The position numbers and the translations under genes are program-made. A DNA stretch of 64,000 nucleotides from Chiloscyllium plagiosum (Eukaryota). Each line of letters opens with the position of its first letter. Positions within the stretch are counted from its first letter, which is position 1. A model generated the notes under the pieces. The model saw only the letters and a program-made list of their open reading frames with translations, was not told where the DNA came from and ran no database searches. The DNA is taken from the NCBI RefSeq assembly GCF_004010195.1, contig NC_057719.1:55334374-55398373 (forward strand), given 5' to 3'. This document shows, one piece after another, positions 53,338 through 64,000 of this stretch.

Positions 53338-53799
53338 TCATTTCTTAAGAGTTCACCCTGTCCATTTTCTCCAAAGAAAGAAGTAGCCTTTGAGATATGA
53401 AACTCTCTGATGATGATGCTGCAATCTATCAGCTGGAGGTTGTGGGTTTGTGTGATCAAATTAATGAGGTAGATGATTAACATCACAGTTTATCATTGGG
53501 GGCAAGTAAACATTATTATTATTGTCCTCAAAACATCCTGATGTGCTCATTATCAAGAATTTCACATTTCACTTTGTACTGTCATCCCACACAAAAGCAT
53601 TGATATCAAGCACCCCCTTGAGTTTTATTCAATACTTTAAAAATCTGCACTCATGCTACCAATTGTTTGTCTGCCATTTAGCTTATCTTACTCAGTCCAC
53701 ACAGCCAGTGACCACACAATGAGTTAACGCTGATTGCTAGCAGATAATAATGTGCATTTTTATAGTGGATATATTATTTCTCTTACAATTAAGAACTGA

Positions 53800-55122
53800 T
53801 ACACATGCTCTGACCAATGAAGAAAAACATGCCAAATGCCTCCTTCACCATTCTATCTACCTGTGACACCATTTTTGAGGAAGTATGTACCTGCACCCCT
53901 CAGTCTCTCTGTTCAACAATACTTCTCAGTATTAAATGTATGAGTCCTGCCCTGGTTTGAGTTGTCAAAATGCAACAAATCGCATTTATTTGAATGAAAC
54001 TTCAGTTGCCATTCCTTGGCCCACTGGCCCAGTTGATCAAGATTCCATTGTACTCTTCTTCACTGTCCACTATACCACTGATTTTGGTATCAGCGGCAAA
54101 CTTACTAACCATACCTCTTATATTCATATCCAGATCATCCATATAAATGACAAAAAACAATCGACCCACCACTGATCCTTACAGCTCCTCACTGGCCTCC
54201 AGTCCAAAAACCAACCCTCTGCCCACCCCCCCCGCCCCCCCATCCATCCTCCCTCCTCCCCCCAACCCCGTCTCTGACTGTCAATCCAATTTTGTATCCA
54301 ATTGGCTAGTTCTCCCTGGATCCCATGTGATCTAACCTCACTAACCAGCCCACTATATGGAACCTTGTCAAAGGCCTTGCTCTGCTTTCTACCTTTTTGG
54401 TCACCTCTTTAAAAAACTCAATCAAATTTGTGAGACACAATTTCCGCAAATTTACTAGCATGTTGCCTGGTATGGAGGAAAGTCTTTTGAGAAAAGGCTG
54501 CGGGAGAAGAAAGTTGAGAGGTGACTTAATAGAGACATATAAAATAATCAGAGGATTAGATAGGTGGACTGTGAGAGCTTTTTTCTTTGATGGTGATGGC
54601 TAGCATGAGAGGACATAGTTCTAAATTGAGGGGTGTCAGGTAGGACAAATGTCAGAGGTAGTTTCTTTACTCAGAGAATAGTAGGGGTGTGAAACACACT
54701 GCCTGTAGCAGTAGTAGACTCACCAAGCTTAAGGGCATTTAAATAGTCATTGGATAAACATATGGATGAAAATGGAATAGTGAAAAATAGATAGGCTTCA
54801 GATTGGTTCCACAGGTTGGTGCAACATCGAGGACTGAAGGGCCTGTACTGCGCTGCAATGTTCTATGTTCTATGTTCTAAACAATGTTAACTACCTTTAA
54901 TCAGTCCTTGCCTTTCCAAATGCAAAACAGTTCCTGTCTGTCATTATGCTCACTGGTCTATAGTTCCCTGACTTTACCTTGCAGTGTTTCCTAAATAATG
55001 GCATAATATTAGCCACTCTCCAGTCTTCTGGCTACCTCACCCATGGCTATTGTTGGTCTAAATATCTCTTCTAGTGGCCCCATAAGTTCTTCGCTGACTT
55101 CCCATAATGTCCGAGGATACAC
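53800..55122 (-). mobile_element. Minus-strand CR1 ORF2, interrupted by a plus-strand CR1 3' end (~54445-54878); continues at 57948-58150
   Basis: Minus KFAADTKI remnant near 54090. Plus insert reads RRKLRGDLIETYKIIRGLD and has a (ttctatg)n tail. Confidence 0.8.
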
Positions 55123-57947
55123 GAGTCAAAAAGTGTAGCACCAGAAAAGCACAGCAGGTCAGGCAGCATCTGAGGAGTAGGAGTGTCGATGTTTCAGGCA
55201 GAAACCCTTCATCAGGATTGTGGGGGTGGAGGGGGGAAGGGAACTGAAAATAAATGGGATGGTGAGGATGGGGTGGGAGTAAGGAAGTTGGGAAGGTGAT
55301 AGGTAGATGCAGGTGGGGGGGATAGCGATAGGTTGGAGAGGAGGGTGGAGCAGATAGTTGGAAAGGAAGATGGACAGGTAGAACAGTTCAAGAGGGTGGT
55401 GCTGAGTTGGATCTCAAATGAGGTGGGGGGGGGGAGATGAGGAAACTGGTGAAGTTGATGTTGACTCTGTGTGGTTGAAGAGTCCCAAGGCAAAAGATGA
55501 GCATTCTTCCTCCAGTTGACAGGTGGCTTGGATTAGGCGGAGGCCCAGGACTTGCATGTCCTTGGCAGAGTGGGAGGGGGAGTTGAAGTGGTCGGCCACA
55601 AGACGGAGGGATTGTTTGGTGCATGTGTCCCAGAGATGTTCCTTGAAACGTTCTGCAAATTGGTGTCCTGTCTCCCTAAAGCAGAGGAGACCACATCAAG
55701 AGCATGGACACAGTGATGAAGTGTTTGGATGTATAGGAAAATCTCTGCTGGATGTGAAAAGATCTTTTGGGACCTTGAACAGAGGTGAGGGGGGAGGTGT
55801 GGGTGCAGGTTTTACACCTCTTGCGACATCAAGAAAGGTGCCAGGTATGGATGTTGGGTTGGTGGGAGGCATGGACCTAATGAGGCAGTCACAGAGGGAA
55901 TGGTCTCTGTGGAGCACAGATAAGGGTGGAGAAGGAAATATATCTCTGATGGTAGGGTGTGATTGTAGGTGGCAGAAATGGGGGAGGATAATGCGTTGTA
56001 TCTGGAGATTAGTGGGGTGAAAGGTAAGGACCAGGTGGAGTTCTATCCTTCTTGCTGTTGGAGGGGTGGGGTTCAAGGGCAGAAGTGCAGGAGGTGGAGG
56101 AGATGTGCTGGAGGGCATTGTTGATCACATGGGAGGGAAAATTGCGACCCTTGAAATAGGAGGCCATCCGGGATGTTCTGGATTGCTCCTCTTGGGAGCA
56201 GGTACAGCAGAGGCGGAGGAATTGGGAGTAAGGGATCATGTTTTTACAGGAGGTGGGTGGGAGGGGGTGTAATCCAGGTAGCCATGGGAGTCGGTGGGTT
56301 TGAAATAGATATCTGTATTGAGTTGGTTGCCAGTGATCGAGACGGAGAGGTCCAGGAAGGGGAAGGAGGTGTCTGACATGGTCCAGGTGAATGCAAGGTC
56401 AGAGTGGAAGGTGTTAGTGAAGTTGATGAACTGGTCAACCTCCTCGAGGGGGCACGAGGTGGTGCTGACACAGTCATCAATGTTACAGAGGAAATGATGG
56501 GCTGCTTCATGTGTCCTACAAAGAGGCAGGCATAGCTGGGGCCCATGCAGTGCCCATGGTTACCCCTTTGGTTGTAAGGAAATGGGAGGATTCGAAGGAG
56601 AAGTTGTTGAGGGTGAGGACCAGCTCTGCCAATTGAATGAGTGCGTCGGTGGAGGGGGACTGGTTGGGTTGGTAGGAGAGGAGAAAAAAACGAAAGGCTT
56701 GGAGGCTTTCATGGTGGATAGACATGTATAGGGACTGGATGTCCATGGTGAGGACAAAGGGTTGGACACTGGGGAAACGAAAGTCATGGAGGAGAAGGAG
56801 GGCCTTCTCAAATGCATGTGGGGAGTTCCTGGAACAAGGGGGACAGAAAGGTGACAAAATATGAGGAGGTAAGTTCGGTGGGGTAGGAGCAGGCAGAGGC
56901 AGGGGTCAGGTTTGTAGATTTTGGGGAAGAGGTAGAACTGGGTGGTGCAGGATTGCGGGACTATGAGGTTGGAAGCTGTAGATGGATGATCCCCCGAGGT
57001 GACGAGGTTGTGGATCGTCTGGGATGGCCAACCACTTCAACTCCTCCTCCCACTCCCCTAAGGACGTACAAGTCCTGGGTCTCCTCCACTGCCAAATCCA
57101 AGCCACCTGACGATTGGAGGAAGAACGCCTTATCTTCCACCTTGGGATCCTTCAGCCACACAGCATCAATGTCAACTTCACCAGTTTCCTAATCTCCCCT
57201 CCCCCCCACCTCATCCTAGATCCAACCCTCCAACTTGGTACTGCATTGTTGACCTGTCCAGCCTGTCTTCCTTCCCACTATCCGCTCCACCCTCCCCTCT
57301 GATCTATCACTATCACCCCCAACTTCATCTACCTATCACATTCACAGCTACCTTCCCCCATCTCCAACCTCCTCTGATTTATCTCTCAGCCCCCTTGGGC
57401 TCACTCCCCAACCATCCCCCTGCACCATCCCCCCCACATTCCTGATGAAGAACTTATGTTCAAAACATCGACTCTTCTGCTCTGCGGATGCTGCCTGACC
57501 GGTTGTGTTTTTCCAGCTCCACATTTTTTGACTCTGATCTTCAGTATCTGCAGTCCTCACTTTCTCCTTCTCTCTTATTCACCCTCAACAACTGAAATAT
57601 TGGTGAAACTACATTGTGCAATTCCTCCATTATGTAACTTGAAGATTTCCCCTTGTTTGGTGCAATATCAATTCTGGTTGTTGAGGATTCTACTTTATAA
57701 AGTCATGGGATAAGATATTCACCTTTAGCTGGTGCCTTCCCAGACATTTCAGCATTTAATGTGTGACTGGAGTTTGCCATAACGCTTAGTCAACACACAT
57801 ACCCACCCCCCACCATATTTCTGATGAGGGGCTTATGCCCAAAGCGTCGACTCTCCTGCTCCTCAGATGTGGCCTGGTCGGCTGTGTTTTTCCAGCACCA
57901 CACTTTGTGACTCTGATCTCCAGCATCTGCAATCCCCACTTTCTTCT
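55123..57947 (-). mobile_element. Decayed Penelope-like retroelement (RT + GIY-YIG remnants) with inverted terminal repeats
   Basis: Minus strand: TMDIQSLYMSI…LAELVLTLNNFSF…KGVTMGT/MGPSYACLFVG (RT); IPYSQFLRL; LVLTFHP; CGLLCFRETGHQFAERFKEHL and DHFNSPSHS (decayed GIY-YIG). Plus-strand 3' copies at ~57025-57567 and ~57800-57947. TSD aggatacac at 55114-55122 and 57948-57956. Confidence 0.9.
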
Positions 57948-58150
57948 AGGATACACTTGACCAGATCCTGGTGATTTATCTACCTTTAAGTGCTTTAAGA
58001 CTTCCAGAGCCTCTTCTTCTGTAACATGGACTCTTTTCAAGACATCATTATTTACTTGCTTGAGTTCCCTAGCTTCCATCTCTTTCTCCATGGTAAATAC
58101 TGATGAGAAACATTCATTGAGGTTCTCAGCAATCACCTGTCATTCCACAC
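57948..58150 (-). mobile_element. Continuation of the minus-strand CR1 ORF2
   Basis: LNECFSSVFT…LKVDKSPGSGQVYPR, which joins 55122 across the PLE insertion. Confidence 0.85.
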
Positions 58151-58634
58151 ATAGTCAATGTGTCTGAATAACACTGAGGTGAAAATAACTGAAGTGTGGC
58201 ACAGGCTATAGGGACTTAGCCATCGTTTTATATCTATTTTTAATCAAGCTGTTCAGACATGTTGTGATACACCAAACAGCAGATTGGGTCTTGAACTGAG
58301 CTCTCCTGGTGCAGAGGTAGGAACATTACCACTGTACCATAAGAAACCTTAAAATCAGTTTATACCCTGTCCAATTTTCTTTAGGAGGTAAGTCAGGTGG
58401 CACGCCAATTCAAATGATAAATAATTTGATCAGCAACTGTGAAGCAGAAAGTATCTTCTCCAGTAGAAATGCCAGAAAAAAAATCTTAAATATCTCTGGA
58501 ATCACAAACATATTCACAAAATGAACATTAGACATCCGATATTATTGCCTGTAATTAAGTATTACTTCATCACAAAAGTCATCTTAAAATACCATAGCTG
58601 ACCGTAATTATCCTGAGCGGGCAGTATTTCATAA

Positions 58635-59205
58635 AATCATAGAATCCCTACATTGTGGAAAGTTAAAAATCACACAACACCAGGTTATAGTCCAACAGGT
58701 TTAATTGGAAGCACACTAGCTTTCGGAGCTGGTGTGCTTCCAATTAAACCTGTTGGACTATAACCTGGTGTTGTGTGATTTTTAACTTTGTACACCCCAG
58801 TCCAACACCGGCATGTCCGAATCATGACTACATTGTGGAAGCAAGTCATTCGGTCTATGGAGTCCACACCGAGCCTCCAAAGAGCATCCCACCCAAAACG
58901 CATCCCCCCTATCCTATCCCTGTATCCCCGCATTTCATTGAGTCATGGAATTGTACAGTATGGAAACAGATTCAACTCATCCACGCTGACCAGATATCCT
59001 AACTTAATCTAGTCCCATTTACTAGCATTTCACATGGCTAATCCACCTACCCTCCACATCCCTGGGCAACTTAGCATGGCCAATCCAACTAAACTGCAAA
59101 TCTTTAGACTATGGAAAGAAACCACAGCATCCAGAGGAAACCCACACAGATGTGGGGAGAATGTGCAAACTCCACACAGTCACCTGAGGGTGGAATCGAA
59201 CACAA
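58635..59205 (-). mobile_element. HE1-like V-SINE, interrupted by later insertions
   Basis: ggggagaatgtgcaaactccacacagtcacctgagg…gaatcgaac is the reverse complement of the SINE head/core. Confidence 0.8.
58661..58827. mobile_element. Second hairpin family insertion: ~62-bp inverted repeat with 13-bp TSD
   Basis: Arms 58659-58720 and 58728-58789 (1 mismatch). TSD ctacattgtggaa at 58648-58660 and 58828-58840. Confidence 0.85.
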
Positions 59206-59224
59206 GTACCTTGATAATTGAAAT

Positions 59225-61315
59225 GTTTAACACATGGAATATAGGGAGAATTAGCCATTTGGATACAGAACTGACTCAAAGGCAAAAGGCAGAGGGTAGT
59301 GGCAGAGGGATGTTTTTCAGACTGGAGGCCTGTGACCAGTGGAGTGCCACAAGGATCAGTGCTGGGTCCACTACTTTTCATCGTTAATATAAATGAATTG
59401 GATGTGACCTTAACAGGTATAGTTAGTAAGTTTGCACATGACATGAAAATTGGAGATGTAGTGGACAGCTAAGAAGATTACCTCAGTTACAATGGGATCG
59501 TAATTGTAACTGTTTGTCATTTTTATAAATGACCTGGAAGAGGGGTTAGAAGGTTGGGTGAGAAAGTTTGCGGATGATACGAAAGTCGGAGGAGTTGTTG
59601 ACAGTGAGGAAGGATGTGGCAGGTTACAGCAGGATATAGAGAAGCTGCAGAGCTGGGCAGAAAGGTGGCAAATGGAATTCAATGTAGCTAAATGTGAGGT
59701 GATTCACTTTGGGAAGAATAACAAAAAGATGGGGTACTGGGCTAATGGTCGGAAACTTGGTAGTGTGGATGAGCAGAGGGATCTTGGTGTCCATGTACAC
59801 AGATCTCTGAAAGTTGCCACCCAGGTAAATAGTGCGGTGAGGAAGGCATATGGCGTACTGGCTTTTATTGGTAGAGGAATTGAGTTCCGGAGTACTGAGG
59901 TCATGATGCAGTTGTATAAGACTCTGGTACGGCCGCATCTGGAATATTGTGTGCAGTTTTGGTCGCCATACTATAGGAAGGATGTGGAGGCACTGGAACG
60001 GGTGCAGAGGAGGTTTACCAGGATGTTGCCTGGTATGGAAGAAAAATCGTATGAGGAAAGACTGAGGCACTTGGGGCTGTTTTCACTAGAGAAAAGAAGG
60101 TTTAGGGGCGACTTGATTGAGGTGTACAAGATGATTAGGGGGTTAGATAGGGACGACAGTATGAACCTTTTCCCGCGTATGGAGTCGGGTATTACAAGGG
60201 GGCATAGCTTTAAATTAAGGGGGGGTAGATATAGGACTGAAGTTAGGGTTAGGTTCTTCACTCAGCGAGTCGTAAGTTCATGGAATGCCCTGCCAGTAGC
60301 AGTGGTGGACTCTCCCTCTTTATGGGCATTTAAGCGGGCATTGGATAGGTATATGGAGGATAGTGGGTTAGTATAGGTTAGGTGGGCTTGGATCGGCGCA
60401 ACATCGAGGGCCAAAGGGCCTGTACTGCGCTGTATTCTTCTATGTTCTATGTTCTATGTTCTATGTAATCAGCTGGGCCAATGGGTTGAGAAGTGGCAGA
60501 TGGAGTTTAGTTTAGATAAATGTGAGATGCTGCATTTTGGAAAGGCAAATTAGAGCAGGACCTATGCACTTAGTGGTAAGGTCCTGGGGAGTGTTGCTGA
60601 ATAAACAGACCTTGGAGTGCAGGTTCAGAGCTCCTTGAAAATGGAAGTGCAAGTAGATAGGATAGTGAAGAAGGCATTTGGTATGCTTTCCTTTATTGGT
60701 CAGAGTATTGAGTACAGGAGTTGGGAGGTCATGTTGCGACTGTACAGGACATTGATTAGGCCACAGTTGGAATATTGTGTGCAATTCTGGTCTCCTTCCT
60801 ATCAGAAAGATGTTGTGAAACTTGAAAGGGTTCAGAGAAGATTTACAAGGATGTTGCCAGGGTTGGAGGATTTGAGCTACAGGGAGAGGTTGAATAGGCT
60901 AGAGTTGTTTTTCCTGGACCATTGGAGGCTGAGAGGTGGCCTTACAGAAGTTTATAAAATCATGAGGGGCATGGATAGGATAAATAGACAAAGTCTTTTC
61001 CCTAGGATGGGGGAGTCCAGAACTAAAGGGCATAGGTTTAGGGTGAGAGGGGAAAGATATAAAAGAGACCTGAGGGGCAATATTTTTACACAGAGGGTGG
61101 TACGTGTATGGAATAAGCTGCTCGAGGAAGTGGTGGAGGCTGGTACAATTGCAACATTTAAAAGACATCTGGATGGGTATATGAATAGGAAGGGTTTGGA
61201 GGGATATGGGTCAGGTGCTGGCAGGTAGGACTAGATTGGGTTGGGATATCTGGTCAGCATGGATGGGTTGGACCCAAGAGTGTGTTTCAATGATGTACAT
61301 CGCTATGACTCTATA
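59225..61315 (+). mobile_element. CR1 ORF2 3' half (outer copy: 59225-59504 and 60465-61315)
   Basis: SGVPQGSVLGP…SKFAHDMKIG, resuming after the insertion with KCEMLHFG and the 203-aa ORF 60617-61228 (LEYCVQFWSP…). Confidence 0.9.
59505..60464 (+). mobile_element. Young 5'-truncated CR1 nested in the outer CR1; uninterrupted 272-aa C-terminal ORF2 (59558-60376)
   Basis: KFADDTKVGG…MEFNVAKCEVIHFG…RPHLEYCVQFWSP…FFTQRVV, then a (TTCTATG)x4 tail. Possible TSD gtaat at 59500-59504 and 60465-60469. Confidence 0.93.
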
Positions 61316-61506
61316 ACACATGGCTTAGATCTTGTACTGACATTAGCAGCAGTGGGGTTAACAACTATCACTATTATTATGGAGTATATTTAAAAGCAAT
61401 ATCTGAAATAGGTTTCAGTGTTACCAAGTGAACACAACGGATATTCCTCAGCATTGTGTAGTCAAAAAGCTGTCTTGTGGGCCTGAGTATCAGACTGATG
61501 CAGCCA

Positions 61507-62011
61507 TCAAACACACTGCCCCATGGCTGAACAGTTAAACTCCACCTCCTACTCCATCAAGGACATGCAGGTCCTGGGCCCCCTCCACCACCAAACCGTT
61601 ACCACCCGACGCCTGGAGGAGGAACACCTCATATGCCGCCTTGGGACCCTGCAACCGCAAGGGACAAATGTGGATTTCAACAGCTTCCTCATTTCCCCTT
61701 CCCCCACATTATCCCAGTCCCAAACCTCCAACTCAGCACCGCCCTCCGGACCTGTCCATCACTCTCCCCTCTGACCTATCACCTTCTCCCTAACCTTCAT
61801 CCACCTATCACTTTCTCAGCTACCTTTCCCCAAACCCCACCCCCTCCCGTTTATCTCTCAGCCCCGACTCACACGCCTCATTCCTGATGAAGGGCTTATG
61901 CGCAAAACGCTAATTATCCTGCTCCTTGGATGTGAACTGACCTGCTGTGCTTTTCCAGCACTACACTGTCAACTCTGATCTCCAGTATCTGCAGTCCTCA
62001 CATTCTCCTCC
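61507..62011 (+). mobile_element. 5'-truncated PLE 3' end with 12-bp TSD
   Basis: KDMQVLG…RRLEEEHLICRLGTLQPQG.NVDF C-terminus. Decayed core from 61884. TSD ctgatgcagcca at 61495-61506 and 62012-62023. Confidence 0.85.
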
Positions 62012-64000
62012 CTGATGCAGCCACTGGGAAGCTAAATATGGGTTTTCAAACGAATAGCAGTGGTTTGTCATGTCTGCGATTGCAGGCCTCCCTACAGCAG
62101 CTTCAGTTTGGAGTACTTTCCCTTTAAATAATAATTGTGGGGAAACTCAGTTTATGAATGTCCTGCTGAGAGTGCTTGGAGCACATTGCTAAATGGACCT
62201 GCCTATTCAAAACTGACAAATATGAAACATGTCAGGCTGAGAGACTGCTTGGCATTGCAATTTGACCACTGTGAAATCTTCTGTTGCTCATAGAAATCAG
62301 CTGCATTGGTGTCCTTACCAGCTTGGTATGCTGCACAGGTTGTTCCAGTAGTAGCTGGAAATAGGGTACCTGCGATTTTGGCAACCCAAATCCTTCAGTC
62401 TTTTATCAAGTAGTAAACTCTGCTACACCACATGATAGTTTATCCTGTAACTATCTATTTCATAAGAACATTGTTGGACTTAAGAAACAAACCATATCAT
62501 TAATTGTTGCCAAAGTGGAACATACATCCAAAAAATATCCCAAACTAAAGGCTGTCATGGAAAATAGTTGCACATTGTGTATGCAACAAGAACAGATAAT
62601 GGATGAAAAATTCACTGCTACAACAATACAGTGTATACAAATGATCCTACTTTGTAGGTGTGTAATAACAAAGGAAAGCAAGGCAACAAACCAAAGATGG
62701 AGAAAATACAGTCAATGAACAATATACACCTCAAAGGATATCTCACATAAAGTAAAGGAGAACCAAAGTACAGCTCCATTGATCCTGAAACAGTCCCACA
62801 GTGCCGTTTTCAGACAACATTATCTAGAAATCCAAAAATGTGGATCAATATTGATTTCAGTATCCCACTTGGGAACAAACTTGTGGAAAGAACATAAGAT
62901 CCATCTGGACAATATTTATTTAAAAGTGAATTGGAAATAAAGCAGGCCTCAATGGCGATAGGTGTGTCAAAGCCAAATGATAAATGAGAATTGAAACTCC
63001 AACTGACATTATGCGGCACAAAGCCCCAAAGACCTAGCTAGTAAAACTCAGGTTCAAATATCAAGCAAAGGTGGTGTCAAAATCCAGGATAGTCCAACCG
63101 CATTCATAAATTAGAAGCACAGATTTGTGGTTGCAATCCTAAAATGCAAATGACTGTAGTCCTAAAGGAATCTTTAATGGTACATATGCTGTTCTAATGC
63201 AGTTTCTATTTAGAACATTGATTCTTTTCCTCAAAGAATATTAAGATATTTCTGTTCGATTAAAACAAAATGAAGCAAATTCATGCTGGCTGTTAATTTA
63301 TAAGTTTTTTTTAAATAAAATTTTGTGCTATTAATCAGTGCATAGCTTGCCATTTGTGTCTTACAACAGAAAGCTTAAATGTATCATGGATGAATATTTC
63401 TAAATTATTGCGGCATGAACTTTGACACATCTTTGAATATTCTTAATGGATTAGATTCTGAGCACAGTGAAGTTTGATTTCTATGCTTCAATAATATCAT
63501 AGATAGGCCATGCAGTCTCTGTGGAGAATGAAAGAGAATTAACATCTCAGGTCAATTATCTTTCATCAAGTCTCCGTAGCCAGATGAGGAGGACCTCCCT
63601 AATCCATTGTTTATGTTCCAATCTCAAACATGGAGAATGGCCAGTGTGCATCGAGGAGATTGGTGCAAATGATTTAGTTACTACTTAGATTTAATACACT
63701 TTTTTAAGATCATTACAGTTATGATAATTAGTAGGCCATATCGTTTCCTCAAGCCTGTTCCTCCATTCAGTAAGATAATGGTTGATTCATGGGTTTTGGT
63801 GCCTGTGTAGGGAGTATGACAAACACAACAAGTTCTTAATAATGTAAGCAGTTAGCACTCACATCACATACAAATGATAGTTTAGCATAGGCCTGCACAC
63901 AGTGGGATATGGAGGACTCGAACAAGGAGGGCCATAGACTGCCTCTTCATGAACCTTGATATAACAGATCTAATTCTTGTTTATGAAGCACAAGCCATGT

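Noticed and set aside
53130..53338. pre-miRNA or MITE interpretation of the hairpins
   Set aside because: The arms are PLE terminal sequence, asymmetric, with long variable TSDs (9-15 bp). This is unlike fixed-TSD DNA transposons, and there is no miRNA evidence.
59558..60376. Functional host gene (272-aa ORF)
   Set aside because: It is a 5'-truncated CR1 ORF2 C-terminus lacking the endonuclease and most of the RT.
62319..62354. 36-bp minus-strand microexon (ttccAG…GTAAGG)
   Set aside because: The splice-like signals are plausible, but it is too short to distinguish from chance and the peptide is not recognisable.

Overview
This is vertebrate intergenic or intronic DNA. The repeat content (CR1 LINEs, an HE1-like V-SINE, a Deu-type SINE, Penelope-like elements) points to a cartilaginous fish, probably a shark; that assignment is inference. 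I cannot support any host protein-coding gene. The largest feature is a ~14 kb tandem array of a 19-bp unit (~10.27-24.25 kb, with two assembly gaps). Its variation is mostly CpG decay, it has higher-order block duplications, and it produces dozens of spurious stop-free minus-strand ORFs. The rest is nested mobile DNA: many CR1 fragments (one with an intact 272-aa C-terminal ORF2 piece), a decayed Penelope-like element (PLE) with RT and GIY-YIG remnants, Harbinger remnants, a solo LTR and a deleted Gypsy-type LTR pair. The most interesting signal is a family of short TSD-flanked PLE terminal-repeat insertions. Several are inverted-repeat hairpins. They carry a minimal hammerhead-ribozyme core (CTGAWGA-A-GGGC-N4-GCCC-GAAA-CGTC), present about 13 times in intact or decayed form, with one copy showing compensatory stem-II changes.
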